64,000 nt of DNA, from positions 310,001 through 374,000 of the forward strand of contig MU058287.1 of the NCBI GenBank assembly GCA_013265495.1, given 5' to 3'. Position 1 is the stretch's first letter. Each line of letters opens with the position of its first letter. Made by a program: the position numbers and the translations under genes. This document shows positions 38,399 to 49,850 of this stretch, one piece after another. This stretch comes from Vicugna vicugna (Eukaryota). The notes below the pieces were generated by a model. That model did not search any database and was not told where the DNA came from. It saw only the letters and a program-made list of their open reading frames with translations.

Positions 38399-41300
38399 TT
38401 AAAAAAGAGAAAGAGAGAGACAAAAATTCAAAAATGATTAGCAAACAACATAAAACAGTCAAAAGTAAACTAGCAAAAATGCACATTTCAAATTTTGATC
38501 AACACTGTTCATTGGAACAGTGATGAACATCTAAAGATGTTCATCAGTATTCACTCCCCTTAAAATATATGAGCGTTTTCCTACATCCATGCTAATTTTG
38601 GATATTTTCAATCTTTCAAATTTGAGGTAATCTGTTGGTGGAAAAAAAAATGGTTTCTCTCAATTTTAATTAACATTTCCCCAATGGTTAGTGAAGTCAA
38701 GCATGTTTACACATATTTACTGGCCATGTGTATTTGGCCACATCTAGAAGTATCCTCCTGTGCTGGGAAGAATCCTTAAAACAAAATGTGAATGACACTC
38801 TCAATTGAGAAAAAAGCAGACTCAGAGCTTTTGAGGTCAGATGTTGCTGGCATGTTAACGGCGTAGAGTAAGCTCAGTCATCAGGAACAGACTGACTTTT
38901 GAGAAAACCTAGAGGGCCAAATTATGTTATGAGGTTTTCTAAATTTGGGGTCAGCCAAAGGCACAGGAAAAAAGAAGAAACAGATTCAGAGAAGCTGGAG
39001 AGATCTTACTCAGGCTCAGACAAGGTGGTGTGTTTAAGCTGTGTGGCTGAGATCAAAGAGTAATACTGCCAAGGCCTTCATCTACCAGTCTCCTTGCTAG
39101 CACCCACAACTCTGAAAGGAAGTAATGGCTTGGGGGCCGGGCTTTGAGTCTTTGAAAGTTCATGATTAGCTGAAAATAAGCACAAGATTCTTAAGTACCT
39201 ACTATGCACCAGACACTGTCCTAGGCATTGAGTAAATCAAAAGGCAACATCATTCAGCATGGGCTCTGGGTCAGGCAGAGGTGAGAGAAAAATCTGGCTC
39301 ACAAATGACACAGTGAAAAATGAGGTTAGTATGCCCATTTCATGGAGAGGTATGATAATTACATGATACAAGGTATTTCAAGCACTTCTTCCTTAGACAA
39401 AGTGGATGTGCTATAGATATTAATTCCCTCCCCCTTTCCTCCAGTTCCTTTTCACAGTTAATTTGTCATTATCAATCCTTGTCAGTATAACAAGGTTCGT
39501 GAACTGGAACACAGAACTGGGGACATTGGGTTGCTCCAGGCTATCAGGTAGGAGGAGGTGGTGCCGAGAAAGAAAGAGGTGAGGACGTGACAAACTGTGC
39601 TTACTTCACAGTCTTATCACTGGGTGGGATAAATTAGGGTTTATTGTTTACTTGTTTATAAGCATATGCTGTGCTGGATTCTTTACAAACATGAGACTAA
39701 AATTACAAAGCTCTTGAATTTACTTTAGGAAAGAGAGAAACACAGCAGGTAGCATGTGTATGCTTTTAAGAAGAAAAGACTTATGAAGCAGGGGAGCAAA
39801 GGGGCTTCAGAGCCTGCTTTTTTTTAAAGGGAAGAAGTGATGTGTGTGTGGAGGGCAGGACTGGTGGAGCCCTATGTGGCAGGGAGCAGGTGGGAGTGAG
39901 GTCACAGCCACAGCCAACCGCCAAGCTACAAATTCTAACTCTCCACGCAGGGCTGTGATGTTTTCTTACTGCAAAAATGAAACCCAACACCATCTCAAAT
40001 TTTTCTTTTATCATTAACATTTTATTTCCTTAAATGTTTTCACTTTACAGTAACAGTGCTTTAGAAAGGGTGCCATGCTCAAGATTATTTAAGGAAAGGA
40101 ACCCTTTGCCATCTCCACAAACTGAAATAGCCCCAAATGTGAGAATTTGCATCAGCTCTCACTGCTATGCAAATGAGAGCGGCTTGTAGGGTGGCCTTGT
40201 TTATTTTGGTAAATGTGTGGGTAGGGGAGGGAAAGTGGCTGTTTAAAATGCATTTAAAACTTTTAGTTTCAAATTATTAAACTCTGCAAGAAGGAACTTA
40301 GATTTCCCAGGAACAAAATGAAACAAAGCTTAGTCCATAAATATGCCAGGCATAAATACATTTAAGCAAAACTCTTTAAAGCCACATTGTTGGCTATTTG
40401 AATAGAGAGTTGATCTTTTCCTACCCAATGGGTAATGTAAGTTCACTTCACCAGTGGACTCAGAACTCACAGGCTCCCACGCTGAGCCTCTTGGCTCCTT
40501 CTCACAGTTGTGTGAGTTCATGATACCCCAGCCTCTTCTGGACCTGGCTGCTGCTTCTGAACTTCTGATCTGATGCTCTAGCCAACCATGACTTCCAGGA
40601 CATGGATCTCACCTGGGGTTTGCCTCCTACCACTATGACTTTTCTCACTCCACCTGGGCTACTATGCTTGGTCCTCAATCTTCTTCCAGGGCCCAAGTCT
40701 CTGCCACGGACACCCACTGGCTGAATTATTAACTGTTGATGCAAATGTACCTCTGGGCTCCTGAACTGCTTCCTCAGTTTGGCATCACATAATTGAATCA
40801 TATTAACTATCAAGGACAAGTTGTCAATAACATTAGTATGGAAAAACAAGCATGTAAGAATAGCCAGGGAATCAATTAAAAAGAACAACAATAAGGGTAC
40901 TTGGCTCTACCAAACACTAAACTCTGCTATAAAGCCTCTATATCCAAAACAGTCAGGTACTGGAATATGATTACACAAACAGACGGGCAGGATAGAATAA
41001 AACTTTCCTGAAGGGAGCCAAGTACTTATGGAAATTTAGTGTGTGACAAAGGGGCATCTCAAATTGCTGGGGCAAAGACAGGGAAAATTGGGTAATTACT
41101 AGATAAAGACAAAGTCTGTATCTCACACCATATGTAAGAATAAACTCTAAATAATCAGGAATCTGAACATAAAGATTTAAACTAAATAAGTATGGGAAGA
41201 AAACGTGAGTGCATTTCTCTTTAACGTTGGTACAGGGAAAGTCTTTCTAACCATGGCTCACAATCCAGAAAAAAATAATAGGTTGACTTGCATTGGAAAA

Positions 41301-42313
41301 GCATCACATGCAATGTCAAAAGGCAACTGACAGGCTGGGGAAAATGTCTGTAACTTATACTAGAGACAAGAGGGTAATATGCCCAACATTTAAAGAATTC
41401 TTAAAGAGGGGGAGATGACCAAAATCAAGAAAAAAACAGGAAAAAAGACCAGGAACAGGAAATTCATTTAAAAATACATATATGTCATTTAGACATATGA
41501 GAAGATATTCAAATAACTCATAATTAAAGAAATGCAAGTTGGAACTATACCGTTTCTCATCTATCAGATAAGCAAAAAATTTACAAAGCATGACAGCACA
41601 TCCTGTTGGCAAGGTTAGGGAAACAGGCGCTCTCACGCATTGCTGGTGGGAATACAAATTAGCACAGCCCTTTGAGAGGGAATTTGGCAATGACTAACAA
41701 AACAACTCGTGCACCTACCTCTCCACTGAGCAACCCCACTTCTAGGAATCTACCCTGAAGATACAGCTTCAAAAATACAAAAATATATCTGCAGAGATTA
41801 TTTATTGCAACACTTTGAAAACAACCATGTTTTTCTAAATAATCACGTTAAATAACCATGTTTAAATAACCAAGCTTAAAAGAGTGACTGAATAAACAAT
41901 AGGCTCTCCAGACAATGGAGTTCTATGCAGCTGTAAAAAAAGGATGCTAAAGGTTTCTGTGAACTGGTATGGTATGTTTACTAGGATATAGTAAGTGAAA
42001 AATGCAAAGTATAGAATTGTACCAACGGAATGCTACCCTTTGTGGAAAAAGAAAGGAAATAAGAAGTTATATATGTATCTGCTCGAAAGTGCAGAAAGCA
42101 AGCATAAACTAGAAACTTATGAGATTGGTTCCATACAAGGAGTGGGTGGGAAAGGGTGGTGAAATGAGAACAGGATAGAATGGACTGATGGGGGCAGGGG
42201 GTGCCCTTCCTGAGTAAGCTCTGACTTTTGGCAACCACGGCAGTGATTCACTAACTCAAGGCATATAGACAGATAAAATCAACAAGGATGGGAAAGGGAA
42301 TCCAAATGAAATA

Positions 42314-43105
42314 TGTATCAGAGTCCAATCAGGAGATGGAAATCATGCAGAAATTCAAACACGGAAATATAATATAAACTATAACATGGGAGTAGCTATA
42401 AAGGTATGAACAGTACTCTAAAAAATATTCTAAGGCAGAGAGAGAGAGAGAGCCTAAGGAATGAACAAACTTGGAAGGGGCCCCTCCCGGAGGATGAGGT
42501 TCAGTCCTCATGGGAGAGGGTGTGACAGCAGGAGGCATTCAGTGAATGCTGAAAAGGAGTGCATTGCCTGGGCCAGAGCGGTTCCACAGTTACCAGACAG
42601 CAGGAAACAACCCTCTGGGGTGCGGGCAAGCCAAAGCTGGCAGGAAGGAAACACAGCCAGGGCCAGCAAACCAAAAGCACTCCTCTGGGCTACAAGTGGC
42701 CAAGACTAGCAGACACACACACCAATGAAGTAGGGACAGTGGAAGCCTACTCACCAGCAGGGCAGCACGAGGCTCAGAGTGTGTGATGTCCATGCTGGGA
42801 GGGCCACAGTGAGGTGGTCGCTGGACCAGGGCCGTGGCAGTGAGCTCACCAAAGGACTATGTGGTCTGGACAAGCACACACTGCTGGCAGCCATGGGGTA
42901 GGAGTGAGAGCATAACAAAACAGCAGTTCACTGGAACCAGAAGAGAAGCCCCTTTCCCCACAGTGTCCCTCCAGTGCCCTTCACTGGCAAATCTCCTGTG
43001 CTCACTGCAAAGGAGAAATGCTTAAAGGCTCCATCTCCATTATTGCAGAGTAGGCGACGAAGGGTGAATTTGGAGATAAAGGGCAATAAATTGATAACTG
43101 GCAGA
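42314..43105 (-). mobile_element. ERVL-class solo LTR (LTR33/LTR41-like) inserted in the L1
   Basis: tgtatcagagtccaatcaggag...gtgtccctccagtgccct...ttgataactggcaga; 5-bp TSD aaata (42309-13) / gaata (43106-10); the L1 sequence resumes on both sides. Confidence 0.75.
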
Positions 43106-44330
43106 GAATACAAACAAACAGATAAACCTACCTGTATAATAACAAATGAATAACACAACCGTGCAGAAAGTGAAGAAAAAGGAACCAACCTCAGGTACTT
43201 TGAAAAACAGTATTTTTACTATATACATTAAAACTAAAGATAAAATGAACCACGCACACATGTACTAACAGGCGTATGGGAAACTACTCTGTGAATTCTA
43301 GTATTGAGTAATAAGTGAATATTTTGTGACTAATGACAGACTGTTTCATCACTGTCAGAGAAAGTTTAGGATAAACTTTGTGGCACTCGGATAGAAGTGG
43401 AGGTACCACTTTGAAGTAATGGTTTTTATTATATATATAAAATAGAGAGAGAAAACAGATATACAAATAGAAACAGAAGAGTGTGTACTCATCTATTTCT
43501 AGCTCTCTCCACTGAAAGAAGTCAGAAGCAATGCGACTCTGGCAGTGGTGAGTACACCTAGTGCCCAGATCTTGGTTTCTGAATACCACTCTCCAGCCGA
43601 AGGAACCAGGGTTCCTTGGGGTAGTGGCCATGCCATGGCTAGGCAGCAAAAGTACAAAATGGGCTTGGAACAGCCTGGGGTGCCAGAAAGTAAGTGCTTT
43701 AAAACAAAATGATGGGAACATGTCAAAAGGATACAGGAGCCAACCTGAAGGGGCTTTTTTGGCCAAAATTGAACAAACAAAATGAATAATGATAGCAATA
43801 GACTATAAATCCCAGAATATAATAAGAATACAATGATACAAATAAATAATTGAATAAACAGGGAAGAAGAGAAAGCTCTTCCTTAAAATAAAATTTCAAC
43901 TAATAAATGCAGAACGAATGATGGAAAAAGAATGTAACCATTTCCAAACACTAGAATAATAACTGGTTTAGAACAGAATTATCAATGACTGATAAAATCA
44001 GTGGCAAATGCATTAGAAAAAACAGGATATTTACATAGTCTGAAAGTAGCTCCCCTACAAAATACTTCTAGTTAAAAAAGAAACAAGAATTCATTTACAG
44101 TGGAGAAATCTAGCAGATACTACCGTAACCAAACGATCAGAGTTAGTGTCACAGTGATGTGACAAATCAACATCATGTGCCTCTTGGTATGATGCACTGA
44201 GGAGGAGACAACATAACTTCTATAGCAGTTTTACCAAAAATGGCACAACACAAATTTATTCATGAAGAAACAATGGCCAAATCCAAATGGAGGAACATTA
44301 TGCAAAAAAAAAAACTGGCTGGTACTTTTT

Positions 44331-44398
44331 TTTTTTAAAACATTTTTTATTGATTTATAATCGTTTTACAATGTTGTGTCAAATTCCAGTGTTCAGCA
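44331..44398 (-). mobile_element. Extremely 5'-truncated young L1 insertion (~70 bp)
   Basis: ttttattgatttataatcgttttacaatgttgtgtcaaattccagtgt; TSD tggct(g/a)gtactttt at ~44316 and ~44399. Confidence 0.85.
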
Positions 44399-44924
44399 TG
44401 GCTAGTACTTTTTTAAAGGTTTAAGTTTATTAAAGACAGAGAAATACTGAGGAACTGTTCTTGATCAAAGGGGCTGGGATGAGGCGAGCAAAACAGCTAG
44501 GACGCAAAATCTGTAGAGGCGCTCACTCCCAGGGTCATGTGAGTGTAGGGCTGGCCCTGGAGGAAACCAAGGAGACATGACAAACGAATGTATGCCATTC
44601 TGGTTTAGGTCCTGGACAGTAGTGGGAAAACTGGTGAAATTTGAATAAGGTCTGCAGACTATATAATACAACAGTATCAATGTTAATTTCCTGATTTTGA
44701 TCGTTGTGCTGTATTATATAAGATTAACATTTGAAGAATCTGGATATACAGAATTTTTTGGTACCATTTGCACAGCTTTTTTTAAGTTTAAGATTAAGTT
44801 AAAATGAAAAGTTTAAAAATTTTTAATTAAAAATATCAAAGTCAAACTTAAGTAAGGGTACAGGTTTCTTTTCAAGAACCCTGCATAATGTCACATATGG
44901 GGGCACATATTAAGTAAAGAAGCT

Positions 44925-45190
44925 ATAATGCATAGTCAAAGTGTGGGCTTTGAAACCATCCAGAATGTGTGCTTAGCTATGGCTCTTTTAGTTACAGTCT
45001 TCCTAAGCCTCAGTCTCCTCATTACACATTTACATAAATGGGTCATCATAATAATACATACTTCATATGATTGATTATCTATATTCCAATCTATACTAAG
45101 ATTCTCTATATTCAATAGGCAGTATTTGTAAAGAACTTAGTACAAGCTCAATCAGTGGAAGTCACCGTAGTTGTTATTGTGGTTGTTAGG
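44925..45190 (+). mobile_element. MIR SINE
   Basis: gtgtgggctttgaaacc...ctaagcctcagtctcctcat...gtaaagaacttagtaca. Confidence 0.65.
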
Positions 45191-48100
45191 ACTAGCCAAA
45201 TAATTCCTTGTGAAGAATTATACACAGTACATTAAATACCAGTAGGTACATTTTTAAACTTACAAAAATGCATAAATAAAAGGTGATTTTTTAAAATCAA
45301 AACATGATTCACAGACCTCTTTTGGAGCAAATAGATTTTGGTTTACACTTGATTCTGTAGATACACATCTATGACATAAAACAATTATTGGTGCATTGAC
45401 ATAAGCAGACAGAGAAAGGACCACCACCAGGTGACTTGGGCATGGGGACAATCTGGCTCACTAATGAGTCTTAAATGTTGACTCTTTCAAAGGGGTGAAC
45501 AGAAGCCAGACTCTGGTTTGTCTTTTCTAAGTAGATTGTGAACTACTTAAATGTGATGACATGGATCGAATATTTGAGGTTAAGGACTGCTTGTAGGTTC
45601 ATGCTTTCTTCTTTAATCCATTTTTTGAGATAACTCCAGCATAAATAATGGGCAAGCACAGAAGAAGGCTGAAAATGGCTAAACAGATTCTATTTGGTGC
45701 TATTTCAGTGCTAAGTCAAACACTAAAAGGTCTGCTATTTCTAGTGATACATCCATTTTATGAAAAGAACATAAGACCAAGGGACTTCTGTGGCAACTAT
45801 TTCCTACATAAACAAGGGAAACCATCACGAACAAAATATGTCAATTTGTTGTCTTCCAAATACTTCCAATAATCCTTTAAATGTAGGAACAAAGACTACA
45901 TTTCTGAATAAATTTTCTTATCTTTAAAATCAACTCTAAAGTTTTGGAAACCCTAGCTTTTGAGTATAAACCCAAAAGAGTTTCTATCCAGTCATTTGGA
46001 AATGTGATTCAAATTCATGCTAACCTTAACGGAGGCACAGATATTTGTAATCTGACCTCCCTTGTTGATTGCTAAGAGCTCTGGTCACATTGGATATTCC
46101 AAAGCATCTTCATCTTTGAATCCTCATCCAACACTGCTCCCCTTCACGCAGCAGTGACTTCTACCTTCTGTTGCTAAGATTTGGTCTATTTAGAGTAAGT
46201 GCCATCTAAATCACTGTGCTGATAGCTCCACCCTCATCCAGGCCCCCTTCCTATCCTCCAGCCTCTGAACAAATGGTGACCCCCTCCTTCTTCATGATTC
46301 ACCCCTTCACATGGAATCTTAATCTCATACCTAGAAGCCCTTCCCATTTGTTTTCCTCCCTTCTCCTCTGTATCATTCATTTTTCTGATTTTCTTTCAAA
46401 AATACATAGGCTTCCCTCATGCTGCTTTCCCTTAATATCTCCTATTCTCTTATAATATTCTCCCTTAATATCTCCTATCCAGTTAGCTCTATATTTAGTT
46501 ATTTCCCTGCCCAAATCATTGGTTCATCTTTTAAACCTGGCATGTATCCTCACTCCACTACTGAAACAAATCCGAGGACTTTTTACTAACATTTATCTTC
46601 TCTGTCTCTGCCACTTCTGACTTTGGTGAACACGTAGGGCTCAATCCTAGCTCTAAAACTTTGCCCCATTTGTGACCCCCCCTGAAATCTTTCCTCTTAA
46701 CTTTGTGCCCTTCCTACCCAACCATAAATGTCCAGCTTGAGCCCCTTTTCATGTTAAGTCTCACCAGAATCCCCCTTCTCTGAACTTTTGTAATACTGCC
46801 AACAGGACCCCTACTGCATCCCAGAGGCGCACCCGAATTATGCTTCAGGGAACTAAACAGTGCCCACTTCATGCAGTCTTGCCTAGCTGCTCATTCTTGG
46901 CCAAGGAGTGAGTATGTATCCCTAATCATGCCAACTGGATTCTCTCACCCAGGAATATGAATCTTGAATGGAGTGACTGGAGGAGAAAGTGGAGAGAACT
47001 AAACCATCCTGGTTGCAGGTTCTAAGGCTGTGTCCTAGCCCCACCTCCTAGATTCTGGGAGGTACAGGATCTGATCTTACTGGATTTGGCTCTTCCACAT
47101 TTCCTTCATTGCCATAAGCCATGCTTTTTTTCCTTCTTAAGTTGGCGAGAGTGAATATCTTTGCCTACATCCAAATATACTTATCTAGGACTCTCCTATT
47201 GCCTTTTATTACTGTTTAATTTAAGGGGAGAGGAGCTCATTAAGTCTTGTGAACCAATAAGACAGGAAGTTTCTGGAGAGTAGAAACTCTGGCTTAACAA
47301 CTCTATATATCTTACCTAAATTTTTAACAATTCAACTGCATGATAAAAATCACATATGAAAATCTCCATCTATAAACAAAGAAACAAGAATAACTATCTG
47401 AGATCATCTTTATGATTCTACGCTACAGTTTAGGATCATTCGTTAATCCCATAAATACGTCACAAGTGCCAACTATTGACCATGCACCAAGTTAGGCACT
47501 GGAGTTGTGCGCAAGATGAGAAAGACAAAAGACATGGTTCCTGTATGTGGAATTCTTCTTTCCCAGTGTAACCTGTGTCTTATACAATGATAGCATCTAC
47601 GGTCAAGATGCTTTTAACTCTAAAATATTTTCAAATGCAATGTACCATTTGTTATTTCTATTTTTATAAGTGAGAAAGCTGCTGATAGGTCATGTGACCA
47701 AGCTCAAAACCAGAGCTACAAGGATAAGAGAGGCCCGCCCTGATTTATAGTGACATTCTTTTCTTCTTTCTCTTCCACAATGAGAAACATTTCCTTTAGG
47801 ATACAATTAAACAGTGGTATATTTTATTTAATTCCCACATTACATCCGACTCATGCGTTATTCTTTTGTTGCACAAGATAAAGGGAGCTTCTGAGTTTTT
47901 CCTAGAGGAAAACAATAGAAGTATTAGCTGGTTCTGGGACATTTGTCTAACAAATGTTTATGTAGTGCACGCGAAGGGCAATGCATTGGGCTATCCTGTG
48001 ATAACACTACTCAAGACATACACAATCCCTGCCCTCACTGAGCTTATGGTCTTGGGGGCGAGCAGGGGAATGCCATATATGTGGTAAGTGCTAGAATGAG

Positions 48101-49344
48101 GAGATATAGCCCATACTCAAGTTCCCCAAATCTTTATGCTCACAAAGAATTGAACTGAATTTCTCAGTCTCCCCCAGTCATTTGTATGTTGATTGAAACT
48201 TATGAGCCTTGTTTCTCTCCCCTCATTCCAGAGCCAATGTCCCTTCATCTTCACAGCATCACCTCTCTCCAAATTTTCCCTTTTCTTTATAAGCCTCCCT
48301 TCCCCATTCTGTATTTTTAAGGTGATTCCCAAAATCCTTCTGACCCACAGGATATTCACAAAGACCCTGATGGATCCTCAGAGGACCTCAGAGCCCTATA
48401 AAAAATTTCCTTTTCTGAGAAGCAGAAAATTGTCTGTTATATTGTCAATGGTCCAGGACAGGACCAGAAGACTAGGAGGCAAAGGGCAAACCATGAAATT
48501 TCTGTTTTAGGAATGCACTTCTGGCAAGCAGCATATCTGGATGTGCCCTTCTGCTGTTTTGCTTCTGGGGTCAACAGAAGTATATAAAACGTTTCAACTT
48601 TCTTCGAGACATGTGCCATGAAATTGACTTAATAAAAGGAATAACAACAGTAGCTGCAAGTTACAAAGCAAAGCTAGGCTAGGGCACATCTGTTGAAAGG
48701 GCAATTGCTGTAAAGACTAAATTTTCCATCAGCTAAGAGCCCATATTTGTCAATTGTAAAAATATACAACTTTCTGGACAATCCTAAAGATATTACTATA
48801 ACTTTTGGAAAAGTAATTTGTATAGGGTATCGTTTTCATTTATAATTACTGCTAATATAGGCAGATTGGAGCATTGCTAGGATGATCTGAGAAGGAGAGG
48901 AGTGAGTATTAAGAAATTTTATATGCAGTACATTTCTAAATTATGGTAGGTGAGAGAGATCTGAAAAACTACAAAATACAAAATGAGGTCAGGCAGTGGT
49001 TTAAAAGTCTGTCTATTTATTTGATCATAATACCTAGCCCATTTTCAGAGAATTTGCTAACATTAATTACTCCTCACAAACTTCTCATGATATAATATCA
49101 ACAGCTGTATTTTGTCTTCATTGGTGAAGATGCATAAAAAGGGAGTTAAAGGATTGCAAATATCTGGAAAGGAGTTGGAGGCAGAACTAGCTCCTAAATC
49201 TTGCATTTATAGTATGTCATTAAGAGCTCCAGCTTTGAGAAAAGACAAACTCAGGTCCAAATTCAAGCTCTGTTACTTAATATATCTATGTGACCCTAGG
49301 CATGACATTTACCATCTAAGTCTCAGGCTCTCCATCTGTAAAGA

Positions 49345-49850
49345 GAGAATATACGATTGCAAAAAATGGACCCGACTGTCCAGCATTTCCTATAGCCATC
49401 CCTTTTGCCATGCTGTTTGCCAGTGCGCTCCCAAGGGATGGAGTGCACAAGTCCACACGGCCTTATCTTTAGCTATGCGATTTGCTTTGACCAATGAGAT
49501 ATTAAGAGACACATTGCAAGAAGGTTGAGATGGACTTAGGCAATTAGGCTTGTTCAGAGCTTGCGATCAGAGCTTGCAGCTCTGCAATCAACAACAGAAC
49601 ATGCCCAGCCCAGCCTGTTGGAAGATGAGAGACAAATGGAGGAGCTGAACTGTCCCAATTATCCCAACCATGACCAGGCTAGATCGGTCTTCAGTGAGCC
49701 AATCCCTACCTGTCATGAGCCAGTCCAGCCGAGACTGGCAGATCTGTTTAGTGAGTCACCCAACATGTATAAGCAATATTTATTGTATGCCACTGAGGTT
49801 TTGTGGGGTTTTGTTATGTAACACTACTGTGACAACAGATAACCGATACA
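49345..49850 (+). mobile_element. MaLR LTR (MLT1H/G-like) inside a MIR (~49220-49345 and ~49851-49950)
   Basis: tttgctttgaccaatgag...gccactgaggttttgtggggttttgttat...cagataaccgataca. Confidence 0.75.

Larger units (their letters stand above)
40810..44835 (+). mobile_element. Long L1MC/L1MD relic (3' ORF2 and 3' UTR) with nested insertions
   Basis: Degenerate ORF2 3' motifs (cattgctggtgggaatacaaatt...gcaaccccacttctaggaatctaccctgaaga) and L1MC/MD UTR motifs (cttggtttctgaataccactctcc...aaggaaccaggg). Confidence 0.85.

Noticed and set aside
37936..38402. 153-aa K/R/E-rich ORF and the opposite-strand F/S/L-rich ORF
   Set aside because: Both are translations of the (TTTC)n microsatellite inside an MLT2 LTR.
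41355..43798. ORFs within the long L1 relic
   Set aside because: They are antisense or frame-disrupted translations of decayed L1 and LTR sequence; no intact ORF2 or reverse transcriptase.
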